From contig CBDCCS010000020.1 in the NCBI GenBank assembly GCA_965214935.1, forward strand, positions 1 to 64,000: a stretch of DNA of 64,000 nucleotides, in the 5' to 3' direction. The DNA comes from Candidatus Velthaea sp. (GTDB taxonomy: Bacteria > Vulcanimicrobiota > Vulcanimicrobiia > Vulcanimicrobiales > Vulcanimicrobiaceae). The notes under the pieces are model-generated. The model worked only from the letters and a program-made list of their open reading frames with translations, was not told where the DNA came from and searched no databases. Every line of letters starts with the position of its first letter. The first letter of the stretch is position 1. Shown piece after piece: positions 10,104 through 20,482 of this stretch. A program made the position numbers and the translations under genes.

Positions 10104-13100
10104 ATGTCGGTCACGCTTCACGCGGCCATCGTGCACGCCGCGCCGGCGGTGTGGGCAGCTTCGCTCGAACCGACGTTACCCGGTACGGCCGAACCGTACG
10201 GTTTGAACGCACCGGATCTCGGCGATCTGTTAGCGACGCTTCCGATCGATGGCTTCGGAGCACCGCTTGCACGAACGAATGCAATAGTATGGTTGCCCAC
10301 CTTCGACGGCACGGTCATCGGGCCGGCTGCTGGCGGAAGCTCGCCGCCGGCTGATACCCGGCACGTCTACCTGCTACCGCGAACGATCGCGATCGCTGTC
10401 CTCACGCCGGCGCAGGCCGTAACGGTGTTTGGCGAGGTGCTCGATCGAACGGTACTTGCCGACGGGATTCGAATTGCGCCCGAGGTCGCGGCGCTGGGCC
10501 GAACGCTGCGTTTCGCCTTTGAGCTCGTTGCGGGAAAACACGTCTTGCCGGGACTTGTTGTCGATGCCGACAACAAACCGCGCGCACGTTGGCAACCGGT
10601 TGTGGGTGCGGCCGAGCGCGCCGCGTACGAAAGGATTGCGGCGACGTTTCCACCGATCATCGGCGCCGTCACTGCGACACAAACGACCGCGGCCCCGCCG
10701 TTCGACGCACGCGCGACGTTCGACGCGGTGTTAACGTACTTCGTCGACGCCGCCATGCGGATCGCGTCGCCGCTGCAAACTCCGCGCAGCGGAGCGAACG
10801 CGTCGGTCCACGCGCGTTGGGTCGCGGCGCTTACCGGTCCCGAGCCCACGTTCCGTGCGACGCCCGCGGAGTGCGCCGAACTTACCAATACCATCGAGGC
10901 GTGGCGCCGGCCCGTTGTTGAGGAGCGTGCGGCGGCCTACCGGTTGTGTCTACGTGTCGAGGAGCCGCCGCTCGATGCCGAGCCCGCGCGCGGCGACATC
11001 TGGAACGTGGCCTACCTGCTGCAGAGCCGGGCCGATCCGAGCCTGCTGATCGACGGCGGCGATGCGACGCGTTCGACTGCGTTGCGTCGCGAATACCTAA
11101 CAGCGTTGGGTCGCGCGGCGCCGTTTGCCAAGGACATCGACGCCTCGCTCGCGGTTGCCCGAAATACACCGACGGGCTTCGCGCTCGATACCGCCGGGGC
11201 GTTTGCGTTCTTGCAAACGGATGCACCGGCGTGTGCCGCGGCCGATATCGGCGTCATTCTGCCGTCGTGGTGGCTCGGGATGGACGCCAAAACCCGCGTG
11301 GGTTTGCGCGCCGTCGTCAAGCGCCCGAAGTTCGCCGGCGGCAATGCGCTGCACGCCGGAGCGCTGCTCGAAATCGACTGGACGATCGCGCTGGGTGATA
11401 CGGCGCTGAGCGTGCGCGAACTCGAGCGGCTCGCCCTCCTGAAGACGCCGCTGGTGAAGATCCGCGGGAAGTGGGTGCATGTCGACCAGGCCGAACTGCA
11501 GGCGGCGCTCGCGCGCGTCAAACGCTCCGGCCCACGGACGATGAGCGTTCGCGACGCGGTGCGGTTGGCCGTTGGTGCGTCCGTCGCGGGGATTCCCAAT
11601 GGAACGGCGCTCGTCGCAGACGGCGCATTTGCCGAGCAGCTCGCACGGTTACAGGGCGCTGCTCATCTGGAACCCCTCGAACCGCCGGCGACGCTCGAGG
11701 CGGTGCTCCGGCCGTATCAAACGCGCGGTTACTCGTGGCTGCACTTCCTGACCCGCTCGGGGTTCGGTGCCTGCCTCGCCGACGACATGGGACTGGGCAA
11801 AACCGTGCAAACGCTGGCGTTGATCGCGCGTGATTGGGAAGACGAGCCGCGTGCGCCGGTGCTGCTCGTCTGCCCGACGTCGGTCATCGGCAACTGGCAG
11901 CGCGAAGCCGCGCGTTTCACGCCGAGTTTGCCGGTGCACGTCCACCATGGCAGCGATCGGCGGCGCGGTAAGGCCTTCGCCATGTTCGCGGAGGCTCAGG
12001 CGATCGTCGTGACCGGGTACGCGTTGCTGCATCGCGACCGTGAGTTGTTCGAGCAGGTCGCCTGGCGCGGTGTCGTTCTCGACGAAGCGCAGAACATCAA
12101 GAATGCGGACAGCGCGCAGGCGCGCGCGGCGCGCTCGATCGAGGCGGGGTATCGCATCGCGCTCACCGGGACACCGGTTGAAAATCACGTCGGCGATCTG
12201 TGGTCGCTCATGGAGTTTCTCAATCCGGGCATGCTCGACACGCAGCCCGCGTTCCGGCGCAGCTACTTTATTCCGATTCAAGTGGAGGGCGATGCGCGTG
12301 CCGCCGAACGTCTGCGGAACGTAACCGGACCGTTCATTCTGCGGCGGCATAAGTCCGATGCGACGATCATCGCCGATTTGCCGGCGAAGCAAGAGTACAC
12401 GGTGACCTGTACGCTGACGCGCGAACAGGCGACGCTCTACGCCGCGGTGCTGCGCGACTTCGACGCCACGCTCGCGCAGGACGCAAGTATCGAGCGGCGC
12501 GGCAAAATTCTCGGCGCGCTCTCGAAGCTCAAGCAGATCTGCAATCACCCCGCTCAGTTCGCCGGCGACAACTCCGCGCTCGCCGGCCGCTCGGGAAAGT
12601 TGACCCGGCTCGAAGAGATGCTCGAGGAAGTGTTCGCGGCCGGCGAGGCGGCATTGATTTTCAGCCAATTTGCGGAGATGGGACAGCTCATTCGGCGCCG
12701 CATCGAGACGCGCTTCGGCCGCGACGTTGCGTTCTTGCACGGCGGTGTTGCAAAGAACGCGCGCGACATCATGGTTGAACGCTTTGCGGCCCGCAGCGGC
12801 GCGGACGCGTTCGTGCTCTCGCTCAAAGCCGGCGGGAGCGGCCTGAACCTTACGCGCGCAAATCACGTCTTCCACTTCGACCGCTGGTGGAATCCGGCCG
12901 TCGAGAATCAGGCGACCGACCGCGCCTTTCGAATCGGACAGACGAAAGCGGTGCAAGTCCATAAGTTCGTGTGCGGCGGAACGCTCGAAGAGAAAATCGC
13001 GCTGCTCATCGAACGCAAAGCCGCGGTTTCCGAGCAAGTCGTCGGCACCGGCGAAGGCTGGCTGACCGAACTCTCCCGCGCTCAGCTGCACGAACTCGTG

Positions 13101-13130
13101 GCGCTCGCACCCGAAGCGGTAGCGGAATGA
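10104..13130 (+). CDS. SNF2-family helicase/ATPase with long N-terminal region
   Basis: LRPYQTRG, LADDMGLGKT, CPTSVIGNW, LDEAQNIKN, LTGTPVEN, LKQICNHP, FDRWWNPAVENQATDRAFRIGQ; ATG at 10104 preferred. Confidence 0.93.
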   Translation: MSVTLHAAIVHAAPAVWAASLEPTLPGTAEPYGLNAPDLGDLLATLPIDGFGAPLARTNAIVWLPTFDGTVIGPAAGGSSPPADTRHVYLLPRTIAIAVLTPAQAVTVFGEVLDRTVLADGIRIAPEVAALGRTLRFAFELVAGKHVLPGLVVDADNKPRARWQPVVGAAERAAYERIAATFPPIIGAVTATQTTAAPPFDARATFDAVLTYFVDAAMRIASPLQTPRSGANASVHARWVAALTGPEPTFRATPAECAELTNTIEAWRRPVVEERAAAYRLCLRVEEPPLDAEPARGDIWNVAYLLQSRADPSLLIDGGDATRSTALRREYLTALGRAAPFAKDIDASLAVARNTPTGFALDTAGAFAFLQTDAPACAAADIGVILPSWWLGMDAKTRVGLRAVVKRPKFAGGNALHAGALLEIDWTIALGDTALSVRELERLALLKTPLVKIRGKWVHVDQAELQAALARVKRSGPRTMSVRDAVRLAVGASVAGIPNGTALVADGAFAEQLARLQGAAHLEPLEPPATLEAVLRPYQTRGYSWLHFLTRSGFGACLADDMGLGKTVQTLALIARDWEDEPRAPVLLVCPTSVIGNWQREAARFTPSLPVHVHHGSDRRRGKAFAMFAEAQAIVVTGYALLHRDRELFEQVAWRGVVLDEAQNIKNADSAQARAARSIEAGYRIALTGTPVENHVGDLWSLMEFLNPGMLDTQPAFRRSYFIPIQVEGDARAAERLRNVTGPFILRRHKSDATIIADLPAKQEYTVTCTLTREQATLYAAVLRDFDATLAQDASIERRGKILGALSKLKQICNHPAQFAGDNSALAGRSGKLTRLEEMLEEVFAAGEAALIFSQFAEMGQLIRRRIETRFGRDVAFLHGGVAKNARDIMVERFAARSGADAFVLSLKAGGSGLNLTRANHVFHFDRWWNPAVENQATDRAFRIGQTKAVQVHKFVCGGTLEEKIALLIERKAAVSEQVVGTGEGWLTELSRAQLHELVALAPEAVAE

Positions 13131-13143
13131 GAGTGGTTTTCTT

Positions 13144-14070
13144 GTGAGCCGGAATCGATGGGACGGTGATTGGCCGCCGCGCACGGCGCCGATCCGGCCC
13201 ACCGACGGCATTCGCGCGCAGTCGAAGCGCGGCACATTCGCTTCGGGCTGGTGGGCAAAGCGCTGGATTGCGGTGCTCGAAGCCTTTCAACTCGGCACGC
13301 GCTTGACGCGCGGGCGATCGTACGCGCGTCAAGGCCAGATCACGCAGATCGCGATCGAACCCGGCGGCGTGCGCGCGCAAGTGCAGGGGTCGCGTCCGAA
13401 ACCGTACGACGTGACCATTCGCTTGCGGCAACTCGACGCTGCGGAATGGGCCGCTGTCGGCTCGGCAATCGCGGACGACGTGCGGCTGTGCGCGGCGCTG
13501 CTCGCGGGCGATATGCCCGAGGACATCGAGCGCGCCTTCGCCGCCGCCGGAACGTCGCTGTTTCCGGTCAGCGCGAAGGAGATGACAACGGCGTGCTCCT
13601 GCCCGGACTGGTCGAACCCGTGCAAGCACGTTGCAGCCGTGTTCTACCTCATGGGTGAGGAATTCGATCGCGATCCGTTCTTGCTGTTCGTCCTGCGCGG
13701 GCGGGAGCGCGAGGACGTGCGCGATCTGTTCGATTTGCAAACGGTCAACGAGGGTGCGCGCGTTGCCGAACGGCCGAGCGTCGCGGAGCCGCCGAGCGTC
13801 AAGCGCGTACGGAAAGCGCGAACGCGGAAGGCGCCGGCAGTCGTTTCACCTGCGGCGTTCTGGGGCGATGCCACGGCCGAGCCGAGGGCCTCCAACACGC
13901 GGATCGAGGCGACGTCGACGGGTGAGCCGGCTGTTCTCAAACGCGCGGGCAAGTTTCCGTTCTGGCGCGACGAGGTCGCACTCGCCGACGCCATCGTCCC
14001 GGTCTACAACGATGCGGCGGTGTTTGCGTTGAACTGGCTGGCCGACCGCGCTACGGCGCCCAAGGATTGA
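13144..14070 (+). CDS. SWIM zinc-finger protein, partner of the SNF2 gene
   Basis: RLTRGRSYARQG, VQGSRPKPY, CSCPDWSNPCKH, DPFLLFVLRG. Confidence 0.9.
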   Translation: MSRNRWDGDWPPRTAPIRPTDGIRAQSKRGTFASGWWAKRWIAVLEAFQLGTRLTRGRSYARQGQITQIAIEPGGVRAQVQGSRPKPYDVTIRLRQLDAAEWAAVGSAIADDVRLCAALLAGDMPEDIERAFAAAGTSLFPVSAKEMTTACSCPDWSNPCKHVAAVFYLMGEEFDRDPFLLFVLRGREREDVRDLFDLQTVNEGARVAERPSVAEPPSVKRVRKARTRKAPAVVSPAAFWGDATAEPRASNTRIEATSTGEPAVLKRAGKFPFWRDEVALADAIVPVYNDAAVFALNWLADRATAPKD

Positions 14071-14127
14071 TGGAGGAGGCACCGTACGGCCTAGGCGATG
14101 CGTTGTCGCCTTGTTAGCTGGTAAGGA

Positions 14128-14472
14128 CTACGTTAGCGCAAGTAGCGTGCTCAGAAGACGACGGACGGAGCGAATCATACCCGGTGAAGCGGATGCGACA
14201 TAATCCGCTAAGCGGACCCGCCAACCGAGACTCTTGACCTGATCGGCGAGAGCAACGCCGGTGATAGCGCCGCCGGCTTTAACCGGTACCTCGAACGGAT
14301 ATCCTCTTGCCTGCGACGTGATTGGCACGCCTACGGCAAGAGACGTTTTGGCATTGTACCCACGGGGAGATAGAATGAGAAAGGGGCGACGTCCCGCTTG
14401 TTCGCGACCGCTCTGCGGATCGAGCGACAGCCAAACGATGTGTCCGACTTCCGGTATGTACGCCTCTACCAA
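14128..14472 (-). CDS. mazF: MazF/PemK endoribonuclease toxin
   Basis: YIPEVGHIVWLSLDPQSGREQAGRRP, PITSQARGYPFEV, LADQVKS. Confidence 0.92.
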   Translation of the reverse strand: MVEAYIPEVGHIVWLSLDPQSGREQAGRRPFLILSPRGYNAKTSLAVGVPITSQARGYPFEVPVKAGGAITGVALADQVKSLGWRVRLADYVASASPGMIRSVRRLLSTLLALT

Positions 14473-14795
14473 TGCTCTGCGCCGATGATGTCGTCGAAGA
14501 TCGGATGGTGGGCATTTTCCGGAGTGATTTTTTCGATCAGATCGGCGAGTGCGCGTGATGGAGCTTTTCTAATATACATTAGGCCATCGTCGACGGCAAT
14601 TTCGACCGCTGCGCCGTCTTCGAGTTCAATTCGCTTCGCCATCGCGCTAGGGATACGAATAGCCAACGAATTCCCGGCTTTAAAGACGCGCGTGTCCTGT
14701 ACAATGAGTGCACTAAAATCGACTCCCGGTCTCGGCGCCTTAGCGTTTTCGAGTTCGCTGATTTTCGCCAAAGCGTTATCGCTCTGATCGTTCAT
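14466..14795 (-). CDS. mazE: AbrB/MazE antitoxin with an N-terminal extension
   Basis: FKAGNSLAIRIP, LADLIEKITPENAH, C-terminal G.EHW; overlaps the mazF start. Confidence 0.85.
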   Translation of the reverse strand: MNDQSDNALAKISELENAKAPRPGVDFSALIVQDTRVFKAGNSLAIRIPSAMAKRIELEDGAAVEIAVDDGLMYIRKAPSRALADLIEKITPENAHHPIFDDIIGAEHW

Positions 14796-15617
14796 ACGCT
14801 TTGATCGTTCATACATTGTATATACATTGTGTGATTGCGTATGTCAAGGTTCGCGAAATCGGCCACCCGCGAACGGACTGGGGCGCTAGCGGAATCTGTC
14901 AAGCTATTTGAGATCATCGAGTAGATACAGTTACGCTATGCCGCGCATAGGTTGTCCGACGGTGGATTAATCCAGACCGCCTCCGGTAGCGACTGGCGCT
15001 TGGGCTGACCATTGACGAATCGCTCGGGATGAGACTCAAAGGCCGCGCACTTAATGGCGTGTCGTTGAGCAAGTCGGTCCGACCCAGTTCCAGCATGGAC
15101 TTCCGCCGGCGTCAGCATCGCAATTCCAGAATGTCGATGTTCGGTGTTGTAATAGGCCATGAAGGTGCGCGTGTGAGTCAGGGCGTGCTCGAAGCAGCCG
15201 AATCGATCGGGGAACTCGGCCGCATACTTCATGGTCTTGAAATGCGCTTCAGAGTACGGGTTATCGTCGCTCACGTGCGGGCGACTATGCGATCGTCGCA
15301 TCGCGAGTCGATCCAAGAGGGTTCCGACGAGTTGCGCGGTCATCTCGGTGCCGCGATCGGCATGCACGGTCAGAGTGCCCGGAGTAATGCCATGTCCGGC
15401 AATCGTTTCCGCGATGAATTCCGCTGCGATCGTTGCATCGGCTCGCCGCACCAAAGTCCAACCGATGACCATGCGGCTAAAGACATCGAGCATGACAAGC
15501 AGCGAATACCATTCACCGCGATTTGGGCCTCGCAGTTTGGGGTGAGTAGCGCGGGGGAATCTCACCCCCGCGCTCTCGTAGAACCGGACGTGAACCTCTC
15601 GGCTCATCCGGCTCCCA

Positions 15618-16854
15618 TCACGGAGCCACCTTTACGAAGCCCTTGCGCCAATGCGCAAAGAGTTGAGGCCGCTCTTGCGCAGTGCGCTCGACCCACTCGC
15701 TGGCACGGACCTTGTGACCACGAAAGGATTTAATTTCCGCATCGCCCACCGGGCGATTGCACGATTGATATGGTGGCCTACGGCGTCAAACGCCGAGGCG
15801 TAGAATTGACAGTAGTAGTTCACCCACCCAGAGATCACTGGGTTGAACATCCGCGCGAGATCTTCGAGCGATTTGTCGCTCTTCAACTGCAACCGCCAAC
15901 TGCGGATATCTTGACGCGTCGATTGTGCGGCGCTCGGAGACATCGCCGGAGTGAAGTTCGTGAAGAGACGACCATGCCGATCGAAGCTTCTTCTCGGACG
16001 GAAGTTGTAGCCCAAGAAATCAAATTGAATGTGTTCGTGCTCGTCCTGTCGATGGAGGTCTTTGCAATAGACGATCCGTGTCTTATCAGGATGAAGTTCC
16101 AGGCCGCATTCCTTGAGTCGTTGCGCAAGTAGTTCTTTAACGTACTTTGCCTGCTTCAAGCTGCGACAATGGACTAGCCCGTCATCAGCATACCGGCAGA
16201 ACGGTAACCGCGGAAAGCGCTTTGTCATCCAGCGATCGAATCCGTAGTGCAGAACAAGATTCGCCAAAATTGGTGAAACAATTCCGCCTTGCGGGGTTCC
16301 TTTCGTTCGTGGGCGCAGCACGCCGTCTTTCTGTTGCACCGGCGCTGTTAGCCAACGCTCGATGTAGAGCAGCACGCAACTGCAACTCGTGTGATGCCGG
16401 ACAGCCTTCATCAAAAGCGAGTGATCGATGTTATCGAACATTCCCCGGATATCAAACTCAAGCACCCAATCGTGCCACCAGCAACGTTTGCGAGTGATCG
16501 CGATTGCTTGATGAGCTGATCTTCCCGGTCGGTACCATAGGAGTCCTCGTGGAAGTGTGGTTCCAGTTCAGGTTCTAGCACGAGCTTAACGACTGTTTGG
16601 GCCACACGGTCCGAAACGGTCGGAATCCCGAGCGGACGTTGTCCACCGCTCTTCTTTGGAATCATAACTTCCTTGACCGGAGCCGGAAAATAGCTTCCCG
16701 AACTCATGCGATTCCATATCCGATACAGATTCCTCTTGAAATCACGCTCGAATAAGTCGAGCGATTCCTCATCCACGCCGGGGGCTCCACGATTCGCACG
16801 TACGAGCCTCCAAGCTTGCACTACCAGCCGTTTCGGAATATCAAACGGCTTCAT
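15618..16854 (-). pseudogene. ltrA: Group II intron reverse transcriptase/maturase without endonuclease domain; frameshifts near 16536 and 15735
   Basis: RPLGIPTVSDRVAQ, DSYG/YRPGRSA, DIRGMFDNIDH, GTPQGGIVSPILAN, RYADDG, FDFLGY, NPVISGWVNYY. Confidence 0.9.
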
Positions 16855-17405
16855 CGGCACCGCGCGCCCATCCCCATTCGGGTTGGCACACGATGACGAT
16901 CCCATGATTCGACCGCTTCGCTCCGGTTCCATTACAGAACCCTCAACGCTAATACCGGTCGATCCGCCCCTGCAACCCCGCATCGGTACTCTGGGCCTTG
17001 CGTTTGCGCGCTTGGCCGTCTCCCTTGGCATCGGCGTTGCAGGTTCCTACAGTTCCGCACAAGAGCCTGAATCGAGATCGCGCCATCTCTACGCCGGGCA
17101 CCGCTCATCCAATAAGCAGGTATCCGATGAACTCGATCCCAGGTCAACATCATACTCCTGGTTTTGATGCCGTCTAACTTTTTCGACGCTTGAATGATGG
17201 TTCACTTGTGTTCGCCTTCTCGATCCGTACCTGACGCATTCGATGCGCCTTGTCCTTAACGCTCACGACATTGGTCTGCACCGCTGCCGCTTAAGGTGGT
17301 TTGAGACCCGCCCCTGCAGGCCGATCTCGGAGGGTCCGCCTTGAGCTTGACCCGGTTTCCCGGACACACACATAGCGCTGGCGAAGAACCAGCCTACGAG
17401 GTGCC

Positions 17406-17699
17406 ATGGGAAAAGAACGTCGATCATTTAGCGAGGAGTTTAAGCAAGACGCGGTTCGTCGCGTAGCCGCCGGCGAGCACGGTTTGTCGCACATCGCCCG
17501 CGAGATGGGAATCCACCCTTCGCTGCTGCAGACGTGGCGGCGAAAGTACGGCTCAACCGGTTCCGCGAAAGCGGCGGTAAAGCCACCGACGTCACTTGAA
17601 GATGAAAACCGCCGTCTGCGTCGCGAAAACGCAGCTTTACGTGAAGATCGCGAAATATTAAAAAAAGCCGCGGCGTTCTTTGCGAAGGAATCCCGATGA
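17406..17699 (+). CDS. IS3 transposase OrfA
   Basis: FSEEFKQDAV, HTH, leucine zipper, ILKKAAAFFAKES. Confidence 0.92.
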   Translation: MGKERRSFSEEFKQDAVRRVAAGEHGLSHIAREMGIHPSLLQTWRRKYGSTGSAKAAVKPPTSLEDENRRLRRENAALREDREILKKAAAFFAKESR

Positions 17700-18568
17700 A
17701 ATACGCGTTCATCGAGGAGCAAAGAACGCAGCACAGCGTACGCCGGATGTGCAAGCTTCTCAGCGTTTCGCCCGCCGGATACTATGAGTGGCGCGGTCGG
17801 CCGCCGAGCCCGCGAGCACTTGTAGACGCTACGATTGCGGCCAATATAAAGCGCGTGCACGCCGAGAGCCGACGAACGTACGGGCGGCCACGGATCCATG
17901 CCGAGTTGGCTGCTCAAGGGCTGCGGATCGGCCAAAAGCGTGTCGGCCGTCTGATGAAAAAGGCTGGAATCGCCGGCATTCGCCCAAGACGCTTCCGCAA
18001 GACGACCGATTCGGGTCATGCCCTCCCGATCGCCGAGAACGTGCTCGCGCGGCAGTTCGATGTGATTGAGATCGCTGAGAAGAATCGCGTCTGGGCTGGC
18101 GATATTACGTACTTGCCAACGCGTGAGGGCTGGCTGTATCTGGCGGTGGTGCTGGATCTTGTTTCCCGTCGCGTTATCGGATGGTCGATGCAATCCACGA
18201 TGGAGCGGACTCTCGTAATTGACGCGTTGAAATCCGCGATTAAGAGCAGACGAACAACCCAAGGAACGCTCTTTCACTCTGATCGGGGAAGCCAATACGC
18301 TAGCGAGGATTTCCGCACTGTTCTCACAGCACACGGAATGAAGGCGAGCATGAGTCGGAAAGCTGAATGCTGGGATAATGCCGTAGTCGAGAGCTTCTTT
18401 GGTACGATGAAGACGGAGCTCGGTGATCCGATATGGGAAAGTCGAGCCATCGCACGCGCAGTTATTTTCGACTATATTGAGATCTGGTACAATCGTAAGC
18501 GCCGACACTCTACGCTCGGCTATGTCAGCCCGGAACAATACGAGTCGACGCTGCCGATCGCAGCTTAG
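17696..18568 (+). CDS. IS3 transposase OrfB (DDE)
   Basis: WAGDITY, HSDRGSQY, WDNAVVESFFGTMK, YNRKRRHSTLGY. Confidence 0.95.
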   Translation: MKYAFIEEQRTQHSVRRMCKLLSVSPAGYYEWRGRPPSPRALVDATIAANIKRVHAESRRTYGRPRIHAELAAQGLRIGQKRVGRLMKKAGIAGIRPRRFRKTTDSGHALPIAENVLARQFDVIEIAEKNRVWAGDITYLPTREGWLYLAVVLDLVSRRVIGWSMQSTMERTLVIDALKSAIKSRRTTQGTLFHSDRGSQYASEDFRTVLTAHGMKASMSRKAECWDNAVVESFFGTMKTELGDPIWESRAIARAVIFDYIEIWYNRKRRHSTLGYVSPEQYESTLPIAA

Positions 18569-19834
18569 CAAATCGTCCGGGAAACCGGGTCAAGCTCACC
18601 TCCATCTCTCATGCAGCTTCTCACACAGCCGAAATTAGCTCATTGCCAGTTCCCTTCTGTGTTGCTGTAGCACACTGATGTCCCACGACCAACACTGGTT
18701 CGGCGCCGTCGCGAGTAACTCGGGTTTCACGTACTCGGGATGACGTGCTTGGCGCCGACGTTCACGGACCTCGTCACTCATACGCAATAGCCGATACATC
18801 GTGCTTTCCGAGCAAAGATATCGACCTTCGTCGAGTAGAATCGCGACGACTTGACCTGGCGATCGGTCGACAAACCGCGTGCCACGCAGCAGCACCAAGA
18901 CCTCATCCCGCTCGCCATCCGTGAGGCGACGCGCAGCAATTCGCGGCGCGGCATGATTGGCGATGAGCATTGGCTTTCGCAAGAGAGTCGCTCGCGAGAC
19001 GCCGAGTGCATAACACCAGACGAGTCGGGTACTGGCGGCATAACGTGCGACAGACCACGATTAATCTTCGTCGATCATTTCGCGGCTCTCGGAGTCCATC
19101 CCCAAGAGCCGCGCCGCTTTTTTTTGGATCTCTCCGATGAGCTCCGCGCGTTCGACTCGTCGTCGTAGTTTACGGTTCTCGCGCTCGAGTTCGGCAATCC
19201 GACGATTTGCAGCTTGCGCCTCACCTTTTTGTTGTTCGCGCGCTTTCAACGCACGCACATCGAGATCACCATGCTGCAGCTGGCGACGCCAGGTCGCAAT
19301 CTGCGACGAATACACGCCTTCGCGACGGAGTACGGACCCTTGCATTCCGTCCGCTGCAGCGTCGACCGCGTCAAGGATTCGACGCTTCTCGGACGGCGAG
19401 AATCGACGCCACTTCGCTTTGAGTACGATCTCCGGCGAGGCTGGAATCTTGCCGTTGCTAGTGGTTGCCATCATGAGCGTCTCCGCTACCCCAGTCGTGA
19501 GTTTACACGGTTCGAGTTGCTGGTCTCAATTCATGTTGACAGATGGGGGTCCGCCTTGTCCCGGCGGAAGTGGATTCACCGGATCCCCGCGTTAACAAGG
19601 AACCGTCTATAGAGCAAGGTCGGCCCTAGACGAAGTCAATGCAAGTTTAGATGACGTGCAGCTTTCTTACTGGGCCGCGTCCTGTCTTTGAGGTGCTAAA
19701 GACCCATCGCGTCATGAACGTTCGCACAGCTCCAGTTTGCACAATGGCGGATACAGTAGATGCAGCAGGATTAATGTAGCGCGTTAACGTGTGGTGCGCT
19801 CCGCAGCGCCTGTGTGTCGCATTGAGGGTTACGA

Positions 19835-20482
19835 GTGGGTATATCGTTGCAACAGCCAATAAGTGGGGATGCCGCGCCTCGTGGAAATACCACTACGAGT
19901 ACGTCTTCGACACTCGAGACTCATTTTGCTTTAGCTGAGCTTAATTCGTCTAAATTCGATCGTCATATCATCGCCCTGAAAGCCAGTGCGCGTTTAGCGA
20001 AGAGCGCCAGTAAAGTCGGTGACGTCAAGGCGCTGACAAAGTGCGTTCAGATGCTAAGAGAAGCGAATTCGTTGATCTCAGCTTCGATCGAAGAATTAGA
20101 GACGAGCGCACGGCGGGACTTCCGACAAAGCTTTGACGATGGCAGCTTCGCGCAAGAGGTGCAGCAACTCGCAGCGTCTTTAGGCCTCCGTGGGGTCCGG
20201 GTAGTTGACCGTTCAATCATGAGCTATCCTATCATAGTGCGATTAAGCAGTGACGACGTTGCGCTGTACGTAGCGAAGAAGCGGTCAACTGCGGTTCGGC
20301 CGTCGGTAGTTGTCGCGGAGCTGGTAAAGGCGCGCAGCGCGAAAACGCGGTCGAGTGGCACGAAGATGTTGGACGCCGTCGAGAAAGCTTATACTCGAGT
20401 GACCAACGGAAGCTTCCACGTCGCCGCTCGCATCGCCGACGTACATGCGGAGTTGACACCTTTGCCCGCTCAAGATGCCGAT
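19835..20482 (+). pseudogene. Hypothetical protein truncated at its 3' end by IS element B
   Basis: 216-codon ORF whose stop is supplied by the IS terminal TGA; lies upstream of the BrxD-like remnant. Confidence 0.6.

Larger units (their letters stand above)
17342..18598 (+). mobile_element. IS3-family element B, copy 1 (1257 bp), intact
   Basis: Perfect 24-bp terminal IR TGAGCTTGACCCGGTTTCCCGGAC; 3-bp target duplication CCT; A7G slippery site near 17660. Confidence 0.97.
15541..18675 (-). mobile_element. Group II intron (resembles bacterial class D / RmInt1 type), itself interrupted by an IS3
   Basis: 5' GTGTGC at 18675; domain V GAGCCGGATGAGCCGAGAGGTTCACGTCCGGTTC and domain VI ending CTACTCACC at 15541; removing it restores the transposase codons GAC ATC A|CC AAA; EBS1 UGAUGUU (17146-17152) is complementary to exon end GACAUCA. 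Confidence 0.93.
14889..19548 (-). mobile_element. IS3-family element A, copy 1, interrupted by a group II intron
   Basis: OrfA 19061..19474; OrfB split into ~18676-19040 and 14936-15540 (PELLATAPNQCWSWDI|TKL...HADRG...DDNPYSEAHFKTMKY); ends taken from alignment with copy 2; imperfect IR ATCTGTCAA..TTGAGA. Confidence 0.88.

Noticed and set aside
11649..13235. Long antisense ORFs (also 17291..18571 and 20285..21712)
   Set aside because: Shadow frames of well-supported GC-rich genes on the opposite strand
14936..15607. 223-aa ORF starting MSREVHVRFYES
   Set aside because: The N-terminus is translated intron domain V/VI; the rest is the transposase 3' exon
15618..16854. Reverse transcriptase as a retron, DGR or defence RT
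   Set aside because: It is flanked by group II intron domains V/VI and a GUGYG 5' end, with matching EBS1/IBS1; it is an ordinary intron-encoded protein
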